A DNA stretch of 64,000 bases, taken from an uncultured Dehalococcoidia bacterium. Its GTDB lineage: Bacteria > Chloroflexota > Dehalococcoidia > DSTF01 > JACRBR01. Of this stretch, positions 1 to 9,818 are shown piece after piece (the first letter of the stretch is position 1; every line of letters starts with the position of its first letter). The notes below the pieces were generated by a model. It was not told where the DNA came from and did no database searches. It saw only the letters and a list, made by a program, of their open reading frames with translations. Location of the stretch: positions 3,156 to 67,155 of the forward strand of contig CAYJMJ010000009.1 in assembly GCA_964371095.1 (NCBI GenBank). The letters run 5' to 3'. The position numbers and the translations under genes are program-made.

Positions 1-775
1 CCCGCCGAGATGCCCGCGAAGATGCCCTCTTTCTGCGTCAGCTCTTTCGCGGAGGCGAACGAGGTGTGCGAGTCGACGACGATCTTGCCGTCGAGGATGC
101 TCTCGTCGAGCACGGGCGGGATGAACCCCTCTTCGAGGCTGCGCAGGCCCTGCACCAGGTCGCCCGGGTGCGGCACGGCGGCCACGACCTTCACGGACGG
201 CTTCTTCTCTTTCAGGTAGCGGCCCGTGCCTGTGAGCGTGCCGCCCGTGCCCATGCCGGCGACGAAGACGTCGACCTCAGGCAGGTCGCGCAGGATCTCG
301 GGGCCGGTGGTCTCGTAGTGCGCGAGGGGATTCATGGGGTTGCCGTACTGGTACGGCATGAAGTACGTGGGGTCCTCGGCCGCGATCTGGTTGGCGACCT
401 CGATCGAGCCGTTCGTGCCGCGGACGCCGTCGGAGTAGACGATCTCCGCGCCGAAGGCGGTCAGCAGCTCGGTGCGCTCGGCGCTGACGCTCTCCGGAAT
501 GACGACCTTCAGCCGATACCCCTTGATACGGCAGATCATGGCGAGTGAGATGCCGGTGTTGCCGGACGTCGGCTCGAGGACGATGCGGTCCTTCGTGAGC
601 ACGCCGCGGCGCTCCGCGTCCTCGATCATGTACTTGGCGATGCGGTCCTTGACGCTGCCGCTCGGGTTCTGCCCCTCGAGCTTCGCGAAGAGGCGCACGG
701 ACGCCTTCGGGCTCATCCGCGGCATCTCGACGAGCGGCGTGTTGCCGATGGCATCGATCAGGTTGCTGTAGAGCA
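1..775 (-). CDS. cysM: Cysteine synthase / O-phosphoserine sulfhydrylase, CysM-like; partial, C-terminus lies beyond window start
   Basis: Minus-strand translation gives [58 protein letters not shown]..., the PLP fold-II cysteine synthase signature with the SVKDR lysine. ATG at 775. Gene lies next to a Gly-Gly sulfur carrier gene. Confidence 0.8.
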
Positions 776-825
776 TTTGTACAAGTCCCGGACGCAACGG
801 CTGCGCCTTCATGCGGGCGCGGCGG

Positions 826-869
826 GTGCGCGTTGGTGCGGGCGCAGCAGGCTGCGCCCCTACGATCTG
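826..869. repeat. Hairpin repeat copy 1: TGCGGGCGCAGCAGGCTGCGCCCCTACGATCTG. Stem is GGGCGCAG/CTGCGCCC, in the cysM-cysO spacer
   Basis: Near-identical to 1237-1270; GC hairpin followed by a CTACGWT-TCTG tail. Confidence 0.6.
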
Positions 870-1139
870 TTATCCCCCTGCGAGCGCGGGCAGGATGGAG
901 ATCGAGTCGCCGTCCTTGAGCCGCGTGTCGAGCTTGTCGAGGTACCGGATGTCCTCGTCATTCAGGTAGATGTTGACGAAGCGGTGCAGATGGCCGTCCT
1001 GCATGATCTGCTGCTGGAACCCCGGGTACTTGCTGTCCAGGTCCAGCAGCAGCTCTCCAACGGTGCCGCCTTCGCCGTGTACGACCTTGGCGCCGGTGAC
1101 TTTCTGCAGCACCGACGTCACTTTCACTTCTACAGCCAT
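870..1139 (-). CDS. cysO: MoaD/ThiS/CysO-family ubiquitin-like sulfur carrier protein, 89 aa, C-terminal Gly-Gly
   Basis: ORF ends ...SISILPALAGG*. Small beta-grasp size. Sits between the cysM-like gene and an E1 (MoeB) gene, as in the mycobacterial CysO-CysM system. Confidence 0.8.
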   Translation of the reverse strand: MAVEVKVTSVLQKVTGAKVVHGEGGTVGELLLDLDSKYPGFQQQIMQDGHLHRFVNIYLNDEDIRYLDKLDTRLKDGDSISILPALAGG

Positions 1140-1236
1140 CGTTCCGTTCCTTGTCGATCGCGGCGGACTTCCGCCGTCCGCGTCTGTCGCCTTTCCGGGC
1201 CATCACACGAGGCCCGGCGTCGTCTCCGATTCGATG

Positions 1237-1292
1237 CGGGCGCAGCAGGCCGCGCCCCTACGTTGTCTGCGGCAGGCTGCGCCCTTACGAGA
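1237..1292. repeat. Hairpin repeat copies 2 and 2b: TGCGGGCGCAGCAGGCCGCGCCCCTACGTTGTCTG, then a partial CGGCAGGCTGCGCCCTTACGAGACCTG. Located in the cysO to E1 spacer
   Basis: Direct comparison with 826-869: about 30-nt unit, 2.5 copies within 470 bp. Confidence 0.6.
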
Positions 1293-2469
1293 CCTGGGCG
1301 CGCTCGCGGGCGGCTTTCGCCGCGTCAGCGGCCTTCTGCTCTTCCTCGTTCGTGTGGCCGAACGCGCCGCCGCAGAACGCGTCGTAGTCGATAAGTTCGG
1401 TCACGGTCGGCTCATCGCCGCAGAGCACGCAGTGCGGGTCGCGGCGGATCCGCACCTGGCGGAACTCCATCGCGAGCGCGTCGTACAGCAGCAGGCGGCC
1501 GTTCAACGTGTCGCCCACGCCGAGGATCACCTTCAGCACCTCGGTCGCCTGGATCGTGCCGACGGTGCCGCACAGCGCGCCGAGCACGCCCGCCTCGGCG
1601 CAGCTCGGCACCATGCCGGGCGGCGGCGGCGACGGATAGAGGCAGCGGTAGCAGCCCTTCCCAGGCAGGTAGACCGTCACCTGGCCGTCGAACAGCAGGA
1701 TCGAGCCGTCGATCAGCGGCTTCTGCAGGAAGTGGCAGGTGTCGTTGACCAGGTAGCGCGCGGCGAAGTTGTCGGCGCCGTTGATGACGTAGTCGTACCC
1801 CGCGATGATCTCCATCGCATTGTCCGACGTGATCGGCACCCCGTGCGTGACGACCTCGACGTCCGGGTTGTAGGCGTTGATCGTTTCTTTCGCGGAGATC
1901 GCCTTGAGCTTGCCGATGTCGTCGTTCTGGTGGAGGATCTGCCGCTGCAGGTTGCTGATGTCGACCGTGTCGAAGTCGACGATGCCGATCTTGCCGATGC
2001 CGGCGAGCGCCAGGTACACGGCGATCGGCGAGCCGAGGCCGCCGGCACCGATGATCAGCACGCTCGATTCCATGATCTTCCGCTGCCCGCTCGGCCCGAC
2101 CTGCGGCATGATGATGTGCCGCGAGTATCGGTTCACCTGCTCCGCGGTCAGCGCGCCGATGCGCCGCCGCTCGGGCGCCGGGCCGTCGCCGGAGCCGCCG
2201 GCCATCGCCGGGATCACGGCGACCTCGTCGCCTTCGTTGAGCTTGGTGCGGATGCCCTGCAGCGAACCGATCTCCTGCATGTTCACATAGATGTTGATGT
2301 GGGCCGGCACCTCGTCGCCGCTGCCGAAGACGAGACCGCGGAAGCCTGGAAACTGCTTGTCGACGTTGGCGAGCACTTCGGCGACGTCGCGGCCCTCGGC
2401 CTGCACGTGCTGGCGATTGCCGGTGAGCTTGCGAAACGGCGTCGGTATGTAGACGGAGACGGCCGGCAT
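1285..2469 (-). CDS. Fusion protein: N-terminal MoaD/ThiS-like beta-grasp domain ending in internal Gly-Gly, fused to a MoeB/ThiF-type E1 adenylyltransferase with C-terminal CxxC...CxxC
   Basis: From internal ATG at 2469 (RBS GAGG upstream): MPAVSVYIPTPF...IYVNMQEIGSLQGIRTKLNEGDEVAVIPAMAGG then linker SGDGPAPERR. Then RYSRHIIMPQVGPSGQRKIMESSVLIIGAGGLGSPIAVYLALAGIGKIGIVDFD...NLQRQ, the Rossmann E1 signature. Ends ...GKGCYRCLY...DPHCVLCGD. The tracked ORF start at 2622 is an artefactual upstream extension abutting the cysK stop. Confidence 0.8.
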   Translation of the reverse strand: MPAVSVYIPTPFRKLTGNRQHVQAEGRDVAEVLANVDKQFPGFRGLVFGSGDEVPAHINIYVNMQEIGSLQGIRTKLNEGDEVAVIPAMAGGSGDGPAPERRRIGALTAEQVNRYSRHIIMPQVGPSGQRKIMESSVLIIGAGGLGSPIAVYLALAGIGKIGIVDFDTVDISNLQRQILHQNDDIGKLKAISAKETINAYNPDVEVVTHGVPITSDNAMEIIAGYDYVINGADNFAARYLVNDTCHFLQKPLIDGSILLFDGQVTVYLPGKGCYRCLYPSPPPPGMVPSCAEAGVLGALCGTVGTIQATEVLKVILGVGDTLNGRLLLYDALAMEFRQVRIRRDPHCVLCGDEPTVTELIDYDAFCGGAFGHTNEEEQKAADAAKAARERAQVS

Positions 2470-2622
2470 GGCGAAACCTCGGGTAGCGGCGGTGCTGCGA
2501 GAAGCGGGCGATCCAGCGCGCGCCGACGGATCGACGGCGAGCGCCGCGCGATTGATGTGCAGATGTCCGTGGTCCATGTTCATTTCCTCGGCAGGAGCGC
2601 CCGCGGCGCCCGATCGCCTCAT

Positions 2623-3563
2623 CTACAAGCTAACACTCAAGTAGCGCTCGCCGGTATCGCAGAGCATCGTGACGATGCGTTTGCCCGCGCCGAGCTTCTT
2701 CGCCACCTGCAACGACGCCCAGACGTTCGCGCCGGTGCTGATGCCGACGAGCAGCCCTTCCTCGCGCGTCAGGCGGACCGTCATCGCGAAGGCGTCGTCG
2801 TCCTTGACCGCGATCAGTTCGTCGTAGACGTCGCGGTTGAGGACGCCCGGCACGAAGCTCGCGCCGATGCCCTGGATGCCGTGCAGTCCGGCCTTGCCGC
2901 CGGCGAGCACCGGCGATCGCGCCGGCTCCACGGCGGCGATGAGCACGCCGGGCGCCTCCGCCTTCAGCACTTCGCCGACGCCGGTGATCGTGCCGCCGGT
3001 GCCGACACCCGCCACGAACGCATCGACCCGGCCGCCGGTGTCGCGCAGGATCTCGCGTGCGGTGGTGCGCCGGTGGGCCTCCGGGTTGGCGGCGTTGTTG
3101 AACTGCTGCGGCATGAAGTACCGCTTGTTCTTGGCGATGAGTTCCTGCGCCGCGAACACGGCGCCCGTCATGCCCTCGATCGCCGGCGTCAGCACGAGCT
3201 GCGCGCCGAAGCGCGTGAGCAGCCGGCGCCGCTCGCTGCTCATGTCCTCCGGCATCGTCAGGATGAGCTTGTAGCCCTTCACCGCCGCGACCATGGCCAG
3301 CCCGATGCCGGTGTTGCCGGACGTCGGCTCGACGATGGTGTCGCCCGGCTTGATCAGCCCGTCGTCCTCGGCCGCCTCGATCATCGCCAGGGCGATGCGA
3401 TCTTTGACGCTGCCCGCCGGGTTGAGCGACTCGAGCTTGCCCAGAATCTCCGCGCCGCCCTCCGGGGCGATGCGGGACAGCCGCACGAGCGGCGTACCGC
3501 CGATAAGGTCGAGCACGCTTTCGGCGATGCCCGCCTCTCGCCGTGCCACGGTGTCAGATGACA
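2623..3563 (-). CDS. cysK: Cysteine synthase A (O-acetylserine sulfhydrylase)
   Basis: ...[41 protein letters not shown]...[18 protein letters not shown]..., canonical CysK. Likely start MSSDT at 3563, overlapping the stop of the upstream Rrf2 gene. Confidence 0.9.
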
Positions 3564-3982
3564 TAGCGGGCACCCGTCCTGTCGTATTCCAGCTCGCGCG
3601 CCGCGAGGTCGCCGATCGTCACCCCGTCGAGGATCTTCTGCGTCGCTTCCTCCACCGCGTGCCAGACCTCGTGCGCGGCGCGGCACTGGTAGCCCTCGTC
3701 GTGCAGGTGCGACACGGGGGAAAGCGAGCCTTCGAGCGTCCGGATGACGTCGCTCAGGCGGACCTCCTCGGGCCGGCGAATCAGCGCGTGGCCGCCCTGG
3801 GGCCCCCGCACGCTGCGGATAAACCCCGCTTTGCGGAGCGTGGTAAGCAACTGGTCCAGGTACGGCTCCGGGATGCGCTGGCGTGCGGCGATCTCGGCGC
3901 TCTGGAGCGGACCTTCGCCGTAGTGGTGGGACAGTTCGATGAGGGCGCGAACGCCGTAGTCACCCTTCGTTGAGATACGCAT
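3554..3982 (-). CDS. cymR: Rrf2-family transcriptional regulator, CymR-like cysteine metabolism repressor
   Basis: [67 protein letters not shown]..., an Rrf2 winged-helix. The CymR assignment is inferred from coupling to cysK and the sulfur-gene neighbourhood. Confidence 0.75.
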   Translation of the reverse strand: MRISTKGDYGVRALIELSHHYGEGPLQSAEIAARQRIPEPYLDQLLTTLRKAGFIRSVRGPQGGHALIRRPEEVRLSDVIRTLEGSLSPVSHLHDEGYQCRAAHEVWHAVEEATQKILDGVTIGDLAARELEYDRTGARYVI

Positions 3983-4229
3983 GTGAGTCTGCCTGGCGGG
4001 AAGTCCGCAATGTTAACCGATTACATCAACAATCTTAGCGAAGGCCGCCGGGGCGGCGCAAGGGCGCCCTGCCGGCGCCTCTGCCACGATGCCGATGACG
4101 CGTCAAGGCACCTGTCGAGCCGCTGCCCGGCGCGATTCTCCGAATCACTCTGAATCCGCCGTCATTCCGGCGTACGTTCACACGGGGCGCAGCGAATGCG
4201 TGCCCCGTGGAAGATGCTCCGCGTTGCCC

Positions 4230-4970
4230 AGCATGACCGCCCGGCTCAGCACCCGCACGTTCGGCCGGAGGCCGCGGCCGCGCAGCGGAGTCCGATCGGA
4301 TGCTTTACGCTGTGTCGTGGCCACCACGCGACGCCCGACCGCCGACGACGCCCCGCAGCTGTCCGAGTGCACGTTCGCCGTCGTCGACGTCGAGACGACG
4401 GGGTTCTTCGCCCGCGCCAACGACCGCATCGTCGAGATCGCGGTGGTCCGCGTCGATGCGCGAGGACACGTGCTCGACGAGTTCGTGACGCTCGTCGACC
4501 CGGAACGCGACGTCGGCGCCACGCACGTGCACGGCATCGAGACGGACGACGTGCGGGGCGCGCCCCTGTTCGCGGACATCGCCGGCGACGTGGTGGCGAG
4601 GCTGGCCGGCAGCGTGTTCGTCGCCCACAACGTGCGGTTCGACCTCGCCTTCGTCGAGGCGGAGTTCCATCGCATCGGGCACCCCATTCCGGCTCCGGCC
4701 CAGCTGTGCACGATCGAGCTGGCGCGGCGCATGCGCAGCGCACCGCGCTCGTACAAGCTCGCCGACGTGTGCGGCCACTTCGGCGTGACGCTCGAGGATG
4801 CGCATTCGGCGCTCGGCGACGCACGCGCGACGGCGCGGCTCTTGAATCAGTTCCTACAGAGGCCGGAGGCCCGGCCCTGGCGCACGCTCGCCGATCTCGG
4901 CTGCGCGGCGCCGCCGGATCCGAACGCATGGCCGCGCCTGCCCGTGGGCGGCAGGCTCCTCACCCGGTAA
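4230..4970 (+). CDS. DEDDh 3'-5' exonuclease, DnaQ / DNA polymerase III epsilon-like
   Basis: FAVVDVETTGFF...RIVEIAVVRVD...FVAHNVRFDLAFV...HSALGDARATARLL, matching exo motifs I, II and III. Start is uncertain (tracked ORF begins at 4089; alternative GTG around 4316). Confidence 0.7.
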   Translation, partial: SMTARLSTRTFGRRPRPRSGVRSDALRCVVATTRRPTADDAPQLSECTFAVVDVETTGFFARANDRIVEIAVVRVDARGHVLDEFVTLVDPERDVGATHVHGIETDDVRGAPLFADIAGDVVARLAGSVFVAHNVRFDLAFVEAEFHRIGHPIPAPAQLCTIELARRMRSAPRSYKLADVCGHFGVTLEDAHSALGDARATARLLNQFLQRPEARPWRTLADLGCAAPPDPNAWPRLPVGGRLLTR

Positions 4971-5018
4971 GACCGCGGGCGCCGCAATGCACACGTCCGG
5001 CCGCAAGAGCGCGCGACG

Positions 5019-8000
5019 TCATTCGGCGATGGGCAGTGAGAAGCCGATGTCTGAGCCGCCGTCCTGGCGTGACCGCGCCCACATCGCGCCCCCCTGGGCT
5101 TCGATGAGGCGCTTGCACACGGCGAGGCCGACGCCCACGCCGCCGGCGTAGTGGGACGTGCTGGGCGAGCGGTAAAACGGCGTGAAGAGCAGCTCCGCTT
5201 CTTCGGGCGGAAAGCCTCCGCCCCGGTCGAGCACCGAGACCTCGAGTTGGTCGCCCACATTCCGTATCCGGACCTCGATCGGCTCGTGCGGCGGGCTGTA
5301 CTTCTCGGCGTTGCTGAGCAGGTTGCGCACGACCTGCTCGACGTAGACCGGCTCCCCGGAGATGGGCAGCGATCCCTTGTCCGCATCGATGCGGATCGTG
5401 CGATGCGGAAAGCGGCGCCTGTGCTCGGCCACGATCGGATCGACGAGACGCCGGACGAGCAGCGGCTCGGCACTGATCGCCTGGCCACGCTCGAGCCGCG
5501 CCAGCACGAGCAGGTTGTCGATGATGCGGTGCAGGCGCTCGGCCTCGTTGCTGATGTCCTGCAGCGCCGACGTGCGGCTCTCTTCGTCGAGGCGCTCGAA
5601 GCGATGGCGCAGCACCTCGGCGTTGCCGTAGATCGTCGTGATCGGCGTCTTCAACTCGTGGGAGACGAGGCCCAAGAATTCGTCCTTCGCCGCGTTGGCC
5701 TTCGTGAGTTCCTCGGCGGTTCGCTCTGCCGCGGCGAAGAGGCGAGCGTTGTCGACGGCGACGGACGCCCAGCCCGCGATGCCGGCGGCGATGCGCTCCT
5801 CGCGCTCGCCGAGCTTGCCCGCCTCCTCGTGCCCGAAGAACAGCGCGCCCAGCACGCCGCCGGAGCGGCTGGCCACCGGCACGGACAGATAGCTCCTGAG
5901 CGGCGGGTGCCTCTCCGGCCAGCCGCGGAACGGCGCGTTCTGGCCGAAGCGCGGATCCTGTGTGACGTCGTCGCAGCGGACCGTCTCCCCGCGGCTCAGG
6001 CTCGCCGCGAGGAGCTGCGTCTCGCGCGGCAGCGGAATATCGCCGAACGTCTCCGGGTCGATGCCGGCGAGCGCGTAGCGTGTGTCGGTCTCGCCTCCGT
6101 CCCCGACGAGATAGTAGAAGAAGACGCCGAACGACGCGCCGGTCAGCGCCGTCGCGGACTCGATCACCGCCTGCACCACCTTGTGCAGATCCAGTTCGGC
6201 CGTGAGCACCGCGCCGATCCGCTGAAGCGTTTCGACGACGCGACTCTCTTCGACCAGGGCCTGTTCGGCGCGCATAAGCCCCTCGATGTCGGTCGAGGTG
6301 CCGAACCAGCGCACGACCTCGCCGGACTCGCCGCGGATCGAGAGCGCCCGGCTGAGATGCCAGCGATACCGCCCGCTCTCGCCCTCCCTCAGGCGCTCCT
6401 CGAACTGGAACGCCTCGCCGGTGTTCATGCTGGCACTCCAGGCCTCGAGCGATTTCTGGGCGTCGTCCGGATGGACGTACGCCAGCCAGTCGCCCGACTC
6501 GCCTCCGTTGATGGAAACGCCGGTGTACTCGTACCAGCGCCGGTTGAAGTAGTCGACCACACCGTCCGGGCCCGCCGTCCAGACGATCTGCGGCATCGCG
6601 TCGGCGAGCTGGTGGAAACGCTCCACGCTCGCCCGCAGCGCCTGCTCGGCCTCCTTGCGGTCGTTGATGTCGGTGGACGTGCCGAACCAACGCACGACGC
6701 GCCCCTCGTCGTCGTGGACCGGCAGCGCACGGGTCAGATACCAGCGGTACTGTCCGCTGGCCGGTTCCCGGAACCGATACTCAATCTCGTACGGCGTGCC
6801 CGCGCGGACGGCGGCGTACCACCCTTCGAGGGCTCTCTGCGCGTCGTCAGGATGCACGACGGACAGCCACGCTTCGTCGCCGCCGCGGCCGACGCCTCCG
6901 CCGGCGAACTCCTGCCAGCGGCGGTTGCCGTAGTCCACGAAGCCGTCCGGCCGCGCCGTCCAGACGATCTGCGGCATCGCATCAGCCAGCTGGCGGAAGC
7001 GCTGTTCGCCTTCGAGCAGCGCCTGCTCGGCCTGCTTGCGATCGTCGATGTCGATGCCCGTACTGATCCACGCCCTCACCGTTCCCGCCCTGTCGCGGAC
7101 CGGCGTCACGCTTCCCAGGTGCCAGCGGAAGACGCCGTCGTGACGGCGCACGCGGATCTCGACCGCGAATGCCTCGCCGGTCCGCAGCGCGTCCCGCCAG
7201 AGCGCCTCGACGGCCGGCGCCTCCTGCGGATGGAACACCGAGCGCACGTCTTCGATCGACCTGGCATCTCTCCCGAGGCCCGTGTACTCGGTCCACCGCC
7301 GGTTGAAGTAGAGCGGGCGGCCCCGGGGGGACCATGTCGAGATGATGGCTGGCAGCGACGCAGCGAGCGTGCGCCAGCGCTCTTCGCTCAGACGGGCCGC
7401 TTCCTCGGCGCGCTTTCGGTCATCGATGTCTGTACTCGTCACGAGCCATGACGTGACCGCACCGCCATCGTCCCGCAGCGGCACCGCGCGCGTGAGGAAC
7501 CAGCGCGCCGCGCCGTCGTGCGCGAGGATGCGGTGCACGAACTCGTGAGGGTTTCCGCTCCCGAGCATGGTCATCCATCCGTCGGCCGTCTCCTGCCGGT
7601 CCTCCGGGTGGACCGATGCGATCCATCGGCCGTCACGCACCTCCTCGATGGTGCGGCCGGCGTAGTCGAGGAAGTGCTGGTTGATGTACGTCACGTTGCC
7701 GTTTGCGTCGCCCGTCCAGACGAAGGCCGCGGGCAGCGATTCGAGCAGGCGACGGTATGCGCGCTCTCGCTCGGCGAGGGCGTCCTGCTCGCGCCTGCGC
7801 GGCCGGTTGTCCCGCAGGAGGCAGCGCGCCCGCGCCCACTCGCCGCTTCGCCAGAGCACGCTCGAATCGATGAGCACGTCGATCACCGAGCCGTCGCGGG
7901 CGACGACGCGTGCCTCGTAGTCGCGCACCGCCTCGCCGCGTCCGAGGCGGGCGAGGATGTCTTCGGCGACGGCCCGGTCCTCGAAGAACTCGGCGGCGTT

Positions 8001-8201
8001 GTGACCCACGTACTCGTCGCGCGCGTAGCCGAGCAGGTCGAGTTCGGCGCGATTGACGTCCAGGATCGTGCCATCGGCGGCCAGGCTGTGGAGGCCGACC
8101 GCGACGTGCTCGAAGAAGTCGCGGAGGTCTTCCAGCTCAGGTTCGGGCGGACGCGGCGCCGCCGACTGTGGCTGCACGTCCTTGAGATTGGGTTGCTTCA
8201 T
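5019..8201 (-). CDS. Cytoplasmic multi-PAS (about 5) plus GAF sensor histidine kinase, 1060 aa
   Basis: Repeated PAS blocks (…VWTARPDGFVDYGNRRWQEF…, …VWTAGPDGVVDYFNRRWYEYTG…). H-box HELKTPITTI. HATPase_c G-boxes (DRGGGFPPEE, GGVGVGLAVCKRL). No TM segments. Confidence 0.9.
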   Translation of the reverse strand: MKQPNLKDVQPQSAAPRPPEPELEDLRDFFEHVAVGLHSLAADGTILDVNRAELDLLGYARDEYVGHNAAEFFEDRAVAEDILARLGRGEAVRDYEARVVARDGSVIDVLIDSSVLWRSGEWARARCLLRDNRPRRREQDALAERERAYRRLLESLPAAFVWTGDANGNVTYINQHFLDYAGRTIEEVRDGRWIASVHPEDRQETADGWMTMLGSGNPHEFVHRILAHDGAARWFLTRAVPLRDDGGAVTSWLVTSTDIDDRKRAEEAARLSEERWRTLAASLPAIISTWSPRGRPLYFNRRWTEYTGLGRDARSIEDVRSVFHPQEAPAVEALWRDALRTGEAFAVEIRVRRHDGVFRWHLGSVTPVRDRAGTVRAWISTGIDIDDRKQAEQALLEGEQRFRQLADAMPQIVWTARPDGFVDYGNRRWQEFAGGGVGRGGDEAWLSVVHPDDAQRALEGWYAAVRAGTPYEIEYRFREPASGQYRWYLTRALPVHDDEGRVVRWFGTSTDINDRKEAEQALRASVERFHQLADAMPQIVWTAGPDGVVDYFNRRWYEYTGVSINGGESGDWLAYVHPDDAQKSLEAWSASMNTGEAFQFEERLREGESGRYRWHLSRALSIRGESGEVVRWFGTSTDIEGLMRAEQALVEESRVVETLQRIGAVLTAELDLHKVVQAVIESATALTGASFGVFFYYLVGDGGETDTRYALAGIDPETFGDIPLPRETQLLAASLSRGETVRCDDVTQDPRFGQNAPFRGWPERHPPLRSYLSVPVASRSGGVLGALFFGHEEAGKLGEREERIAAGIAGWASVAVDNARLFAAAERTAEELTKANAAKDEFLGLVSHELKTPITTIYGNAEVLRHRFERLDEESRTSALQDISNEAERLHRIIDNLLVLARLERGQAISAEPLLVRRLVDPIVAEHRRRFPHRTIRIDADKGSLPISGEPVYVEQVVRNLLSNAEKYSPPHEPIEVRIRNVGDQLEVSVLDRGGGFPPEEAELLFTPFYRSPSTSHYAGGVGVGLAVCKRLIEAQGGAMWARSRQDGGSDIGFSLPIAE

Positions 8202-8400
8202 GTTGCGCCTGGCGATGCTGTCGCCGCCGTGACCGCTGCCCGCGCTCAGCGGGCGCGCGCCTGTGGCAGCGCCGCGGCGTCACGAGCCCGCGCGAGGGCA
8301 GATGCGGTCGTCGGGATCGTACCAAAGCCCGGCGCGGCGAGACGGCGGCGTGCCTTGCAATACCGTATCATCGCCGGCGTCGGCGCCCGCGCGTCCAGGA

Positions 8401-9576
8401 TCAGGAGACCTTCGCCCGCTCCGCGGCGATCAGCACGCGTGCCACCTCGGGCCGCGAGAACTCGTGGGGAGGCTCGATGCCCTGGGAGAGGAACTCGCGC
8501 ACCTGCGTGCCGGAGAGCGAGACGCGCTCCCCGGGAGCGTGCGGGCACGTCTTGCTCGACGCCATGCCCTCGCACCGCTTGCAGAAGAACGTGTGCTCGA
8601 AGAAGAGCGGCGTGATGCCCAGACGCACCGGGTCGAACTCGTCGAAGATGCGCTGCGCATCGTACGTGCCGTAGTAGCTGCCGACGCCGGCGTGGTCGCG
8701 CCCGACGATGAAGTGCGAACAGCCGTAGTTCTTGCGCATGATGGCGTGGAAGATCGCCTCGCGCGGACCGGCGTAACGCATGGCGGCCGGGAGGACCGAG
8801 AGCAGCACCCGATCCTTCGGGTAGTAGTTGTCGAGCAAGACCCGATAGCACTGCATGCGCACATCGGCCGGGATGTCGTCGGACTTCGTGTCGCCGACGA
8901 GCGGGTGCAGGAGGAGGCCGTCCGTGATCTCGAGCGCGGCCTTCTGGATGTACTCGTGGGCGCGGTGGACGGGGTTCCGCGTCTGAAAGCCGACCACGCG
9001 CTTCCAGCCACGCTCGGCGAAGGCGGCGCGCGTTTGCGCCGGGTCGAGCCGGTACTCCGGGAACGAGGCGTTGGCCGGGCGGCGGAACACCTGGACCGGC
9101 CCGCCGATCAGCACGTCGTCCTGCGCGTAGAGCGCGGCGACGCCGGGGTGCTTGTCGTCCGCCGTCCGGTAGACCTTCTCCGCCTCGTGCTGCTTGTCAT
9201 AGTCGTAGGTGTCGGCGACGGTCATGACGGCGAGCAACGCGCCATCGGCGTCGGTCAGCGCGACCTCGCTCTTGAGCGTGTTGGCCTGCTCTTTGGAGAC
9301 GCTGAGCGTGACGGGGATGGACCACGGCAGCCCGTCCGGCAGGTGCATGCCATCGACGGCGGCACGGTACTGGGCCTCCGTCATGAACCCGTCGAGCGGG
9401 CTGAAGCCGCCGTTGGCGAGCAGCTCCAGGTCGGAGCGCTCGCGCGAGTTGAGCTGCCGCCGCGGCAGCGACCGCGCTCGCTCTTCGAGGGCGCGGGCCG
9501 CGTCGCCCGTGACCTCGCGCGGGTTGAGCTTGCCGCCGTGCGGCGCGATCAGGCCGTGTTCGACTCCATCAGCCAT
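8401..9576 (-). CDS. sat: Sulfate adenylyltransferase (ATP sulfurylase)
   Basis: ...LIAPHGGKL...[20 protein letters not shown]...[20 protein letters not shown]..., the ATP-sulfurylase catalytic motifs. Confidence 0.93.
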   Translation of the reverse strand: MADGVEHGLIAPHGGKLNPREVTGDAARALEERARSLPRRQLNSRERSDLELLANGGFSPLDGFMTEAQYRAAVDGMHLPDGLPWSIPVTLSVSKEQANTLKSEVALTDADGALLAVMTVADTYDYDKQHEAEKVYRTADDKHPGVAALYAQDDVLIGGPVQVFRRPANASFPEYRLDPAQTRAAFAERGWKRVVGFQTRNPVHRAHEYIQKAALEITDGLLLHPLVGDTKSDDIPADVRMQCYRVLLDNYYPKDRVLLSVLPAAMRYAGPREAIFHAIMRKNYGCSHFIVGRDHAGVGSYYGTYDAQRIFDEFDPVRLGITPLFFEHTFFCKRCEGMASSKTCPHAPGERVSLSGTQVREFLSQGIEPPHEFSRPEVARVLIAAERAKVS

Positions 9577-9818
9577 GCCCGTGTCTCCCTTTCGCTACCC
9601 GATCCAGCGCTCAACCCACAGCGCCATCGATAGGACGGCGGGCGGGCGATAGACGACTTTGAACCGCAATTTTCACTTTTTTCCGTTGCAGGCATTCGGT
9701 GAGGCGCTGAGCATCGAAAAGGCGGATCCTTACAGGGCGCAGTGCGCGTTCTCCATGGCGTGAGAGTGGCGCTGGTCGACGCGAACTCCAAGCACGTGTG
9801 TCATCGCCCAAGCGCGGT

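Noticed and set aside
970-3561. 863-aa plus-strand ORF spanning cysO, the E1 gene and cysK
   Set aside because: Arg/Ala/Asp/Val-biased composition typical of an antisense frame in high-GC DNA; fully overlaps three well-supported minus-strand genes.
4089-4229. N-terminal 47 aa of the exonuclease ORF as tracked
   Set aside because: Cys/Arg-rich segment with no homology to DnaQ N-termini. It probably belongs to the 5' UTR/divergent promoter region shared with cymR. Start moved to 4230 (still uncertain).
5151-8615. Plus-strand ORFs 5151-7451 (766 aa), 7518-8615, 8263-9633 and several 60-300-aa ORFs (5019-6690 and others)
   Set aside because: Antisense or out-of-frame to the PAS histidine kinase and sat; no domain signatures; extreme Arg/Ala/Gly/Pro bias.
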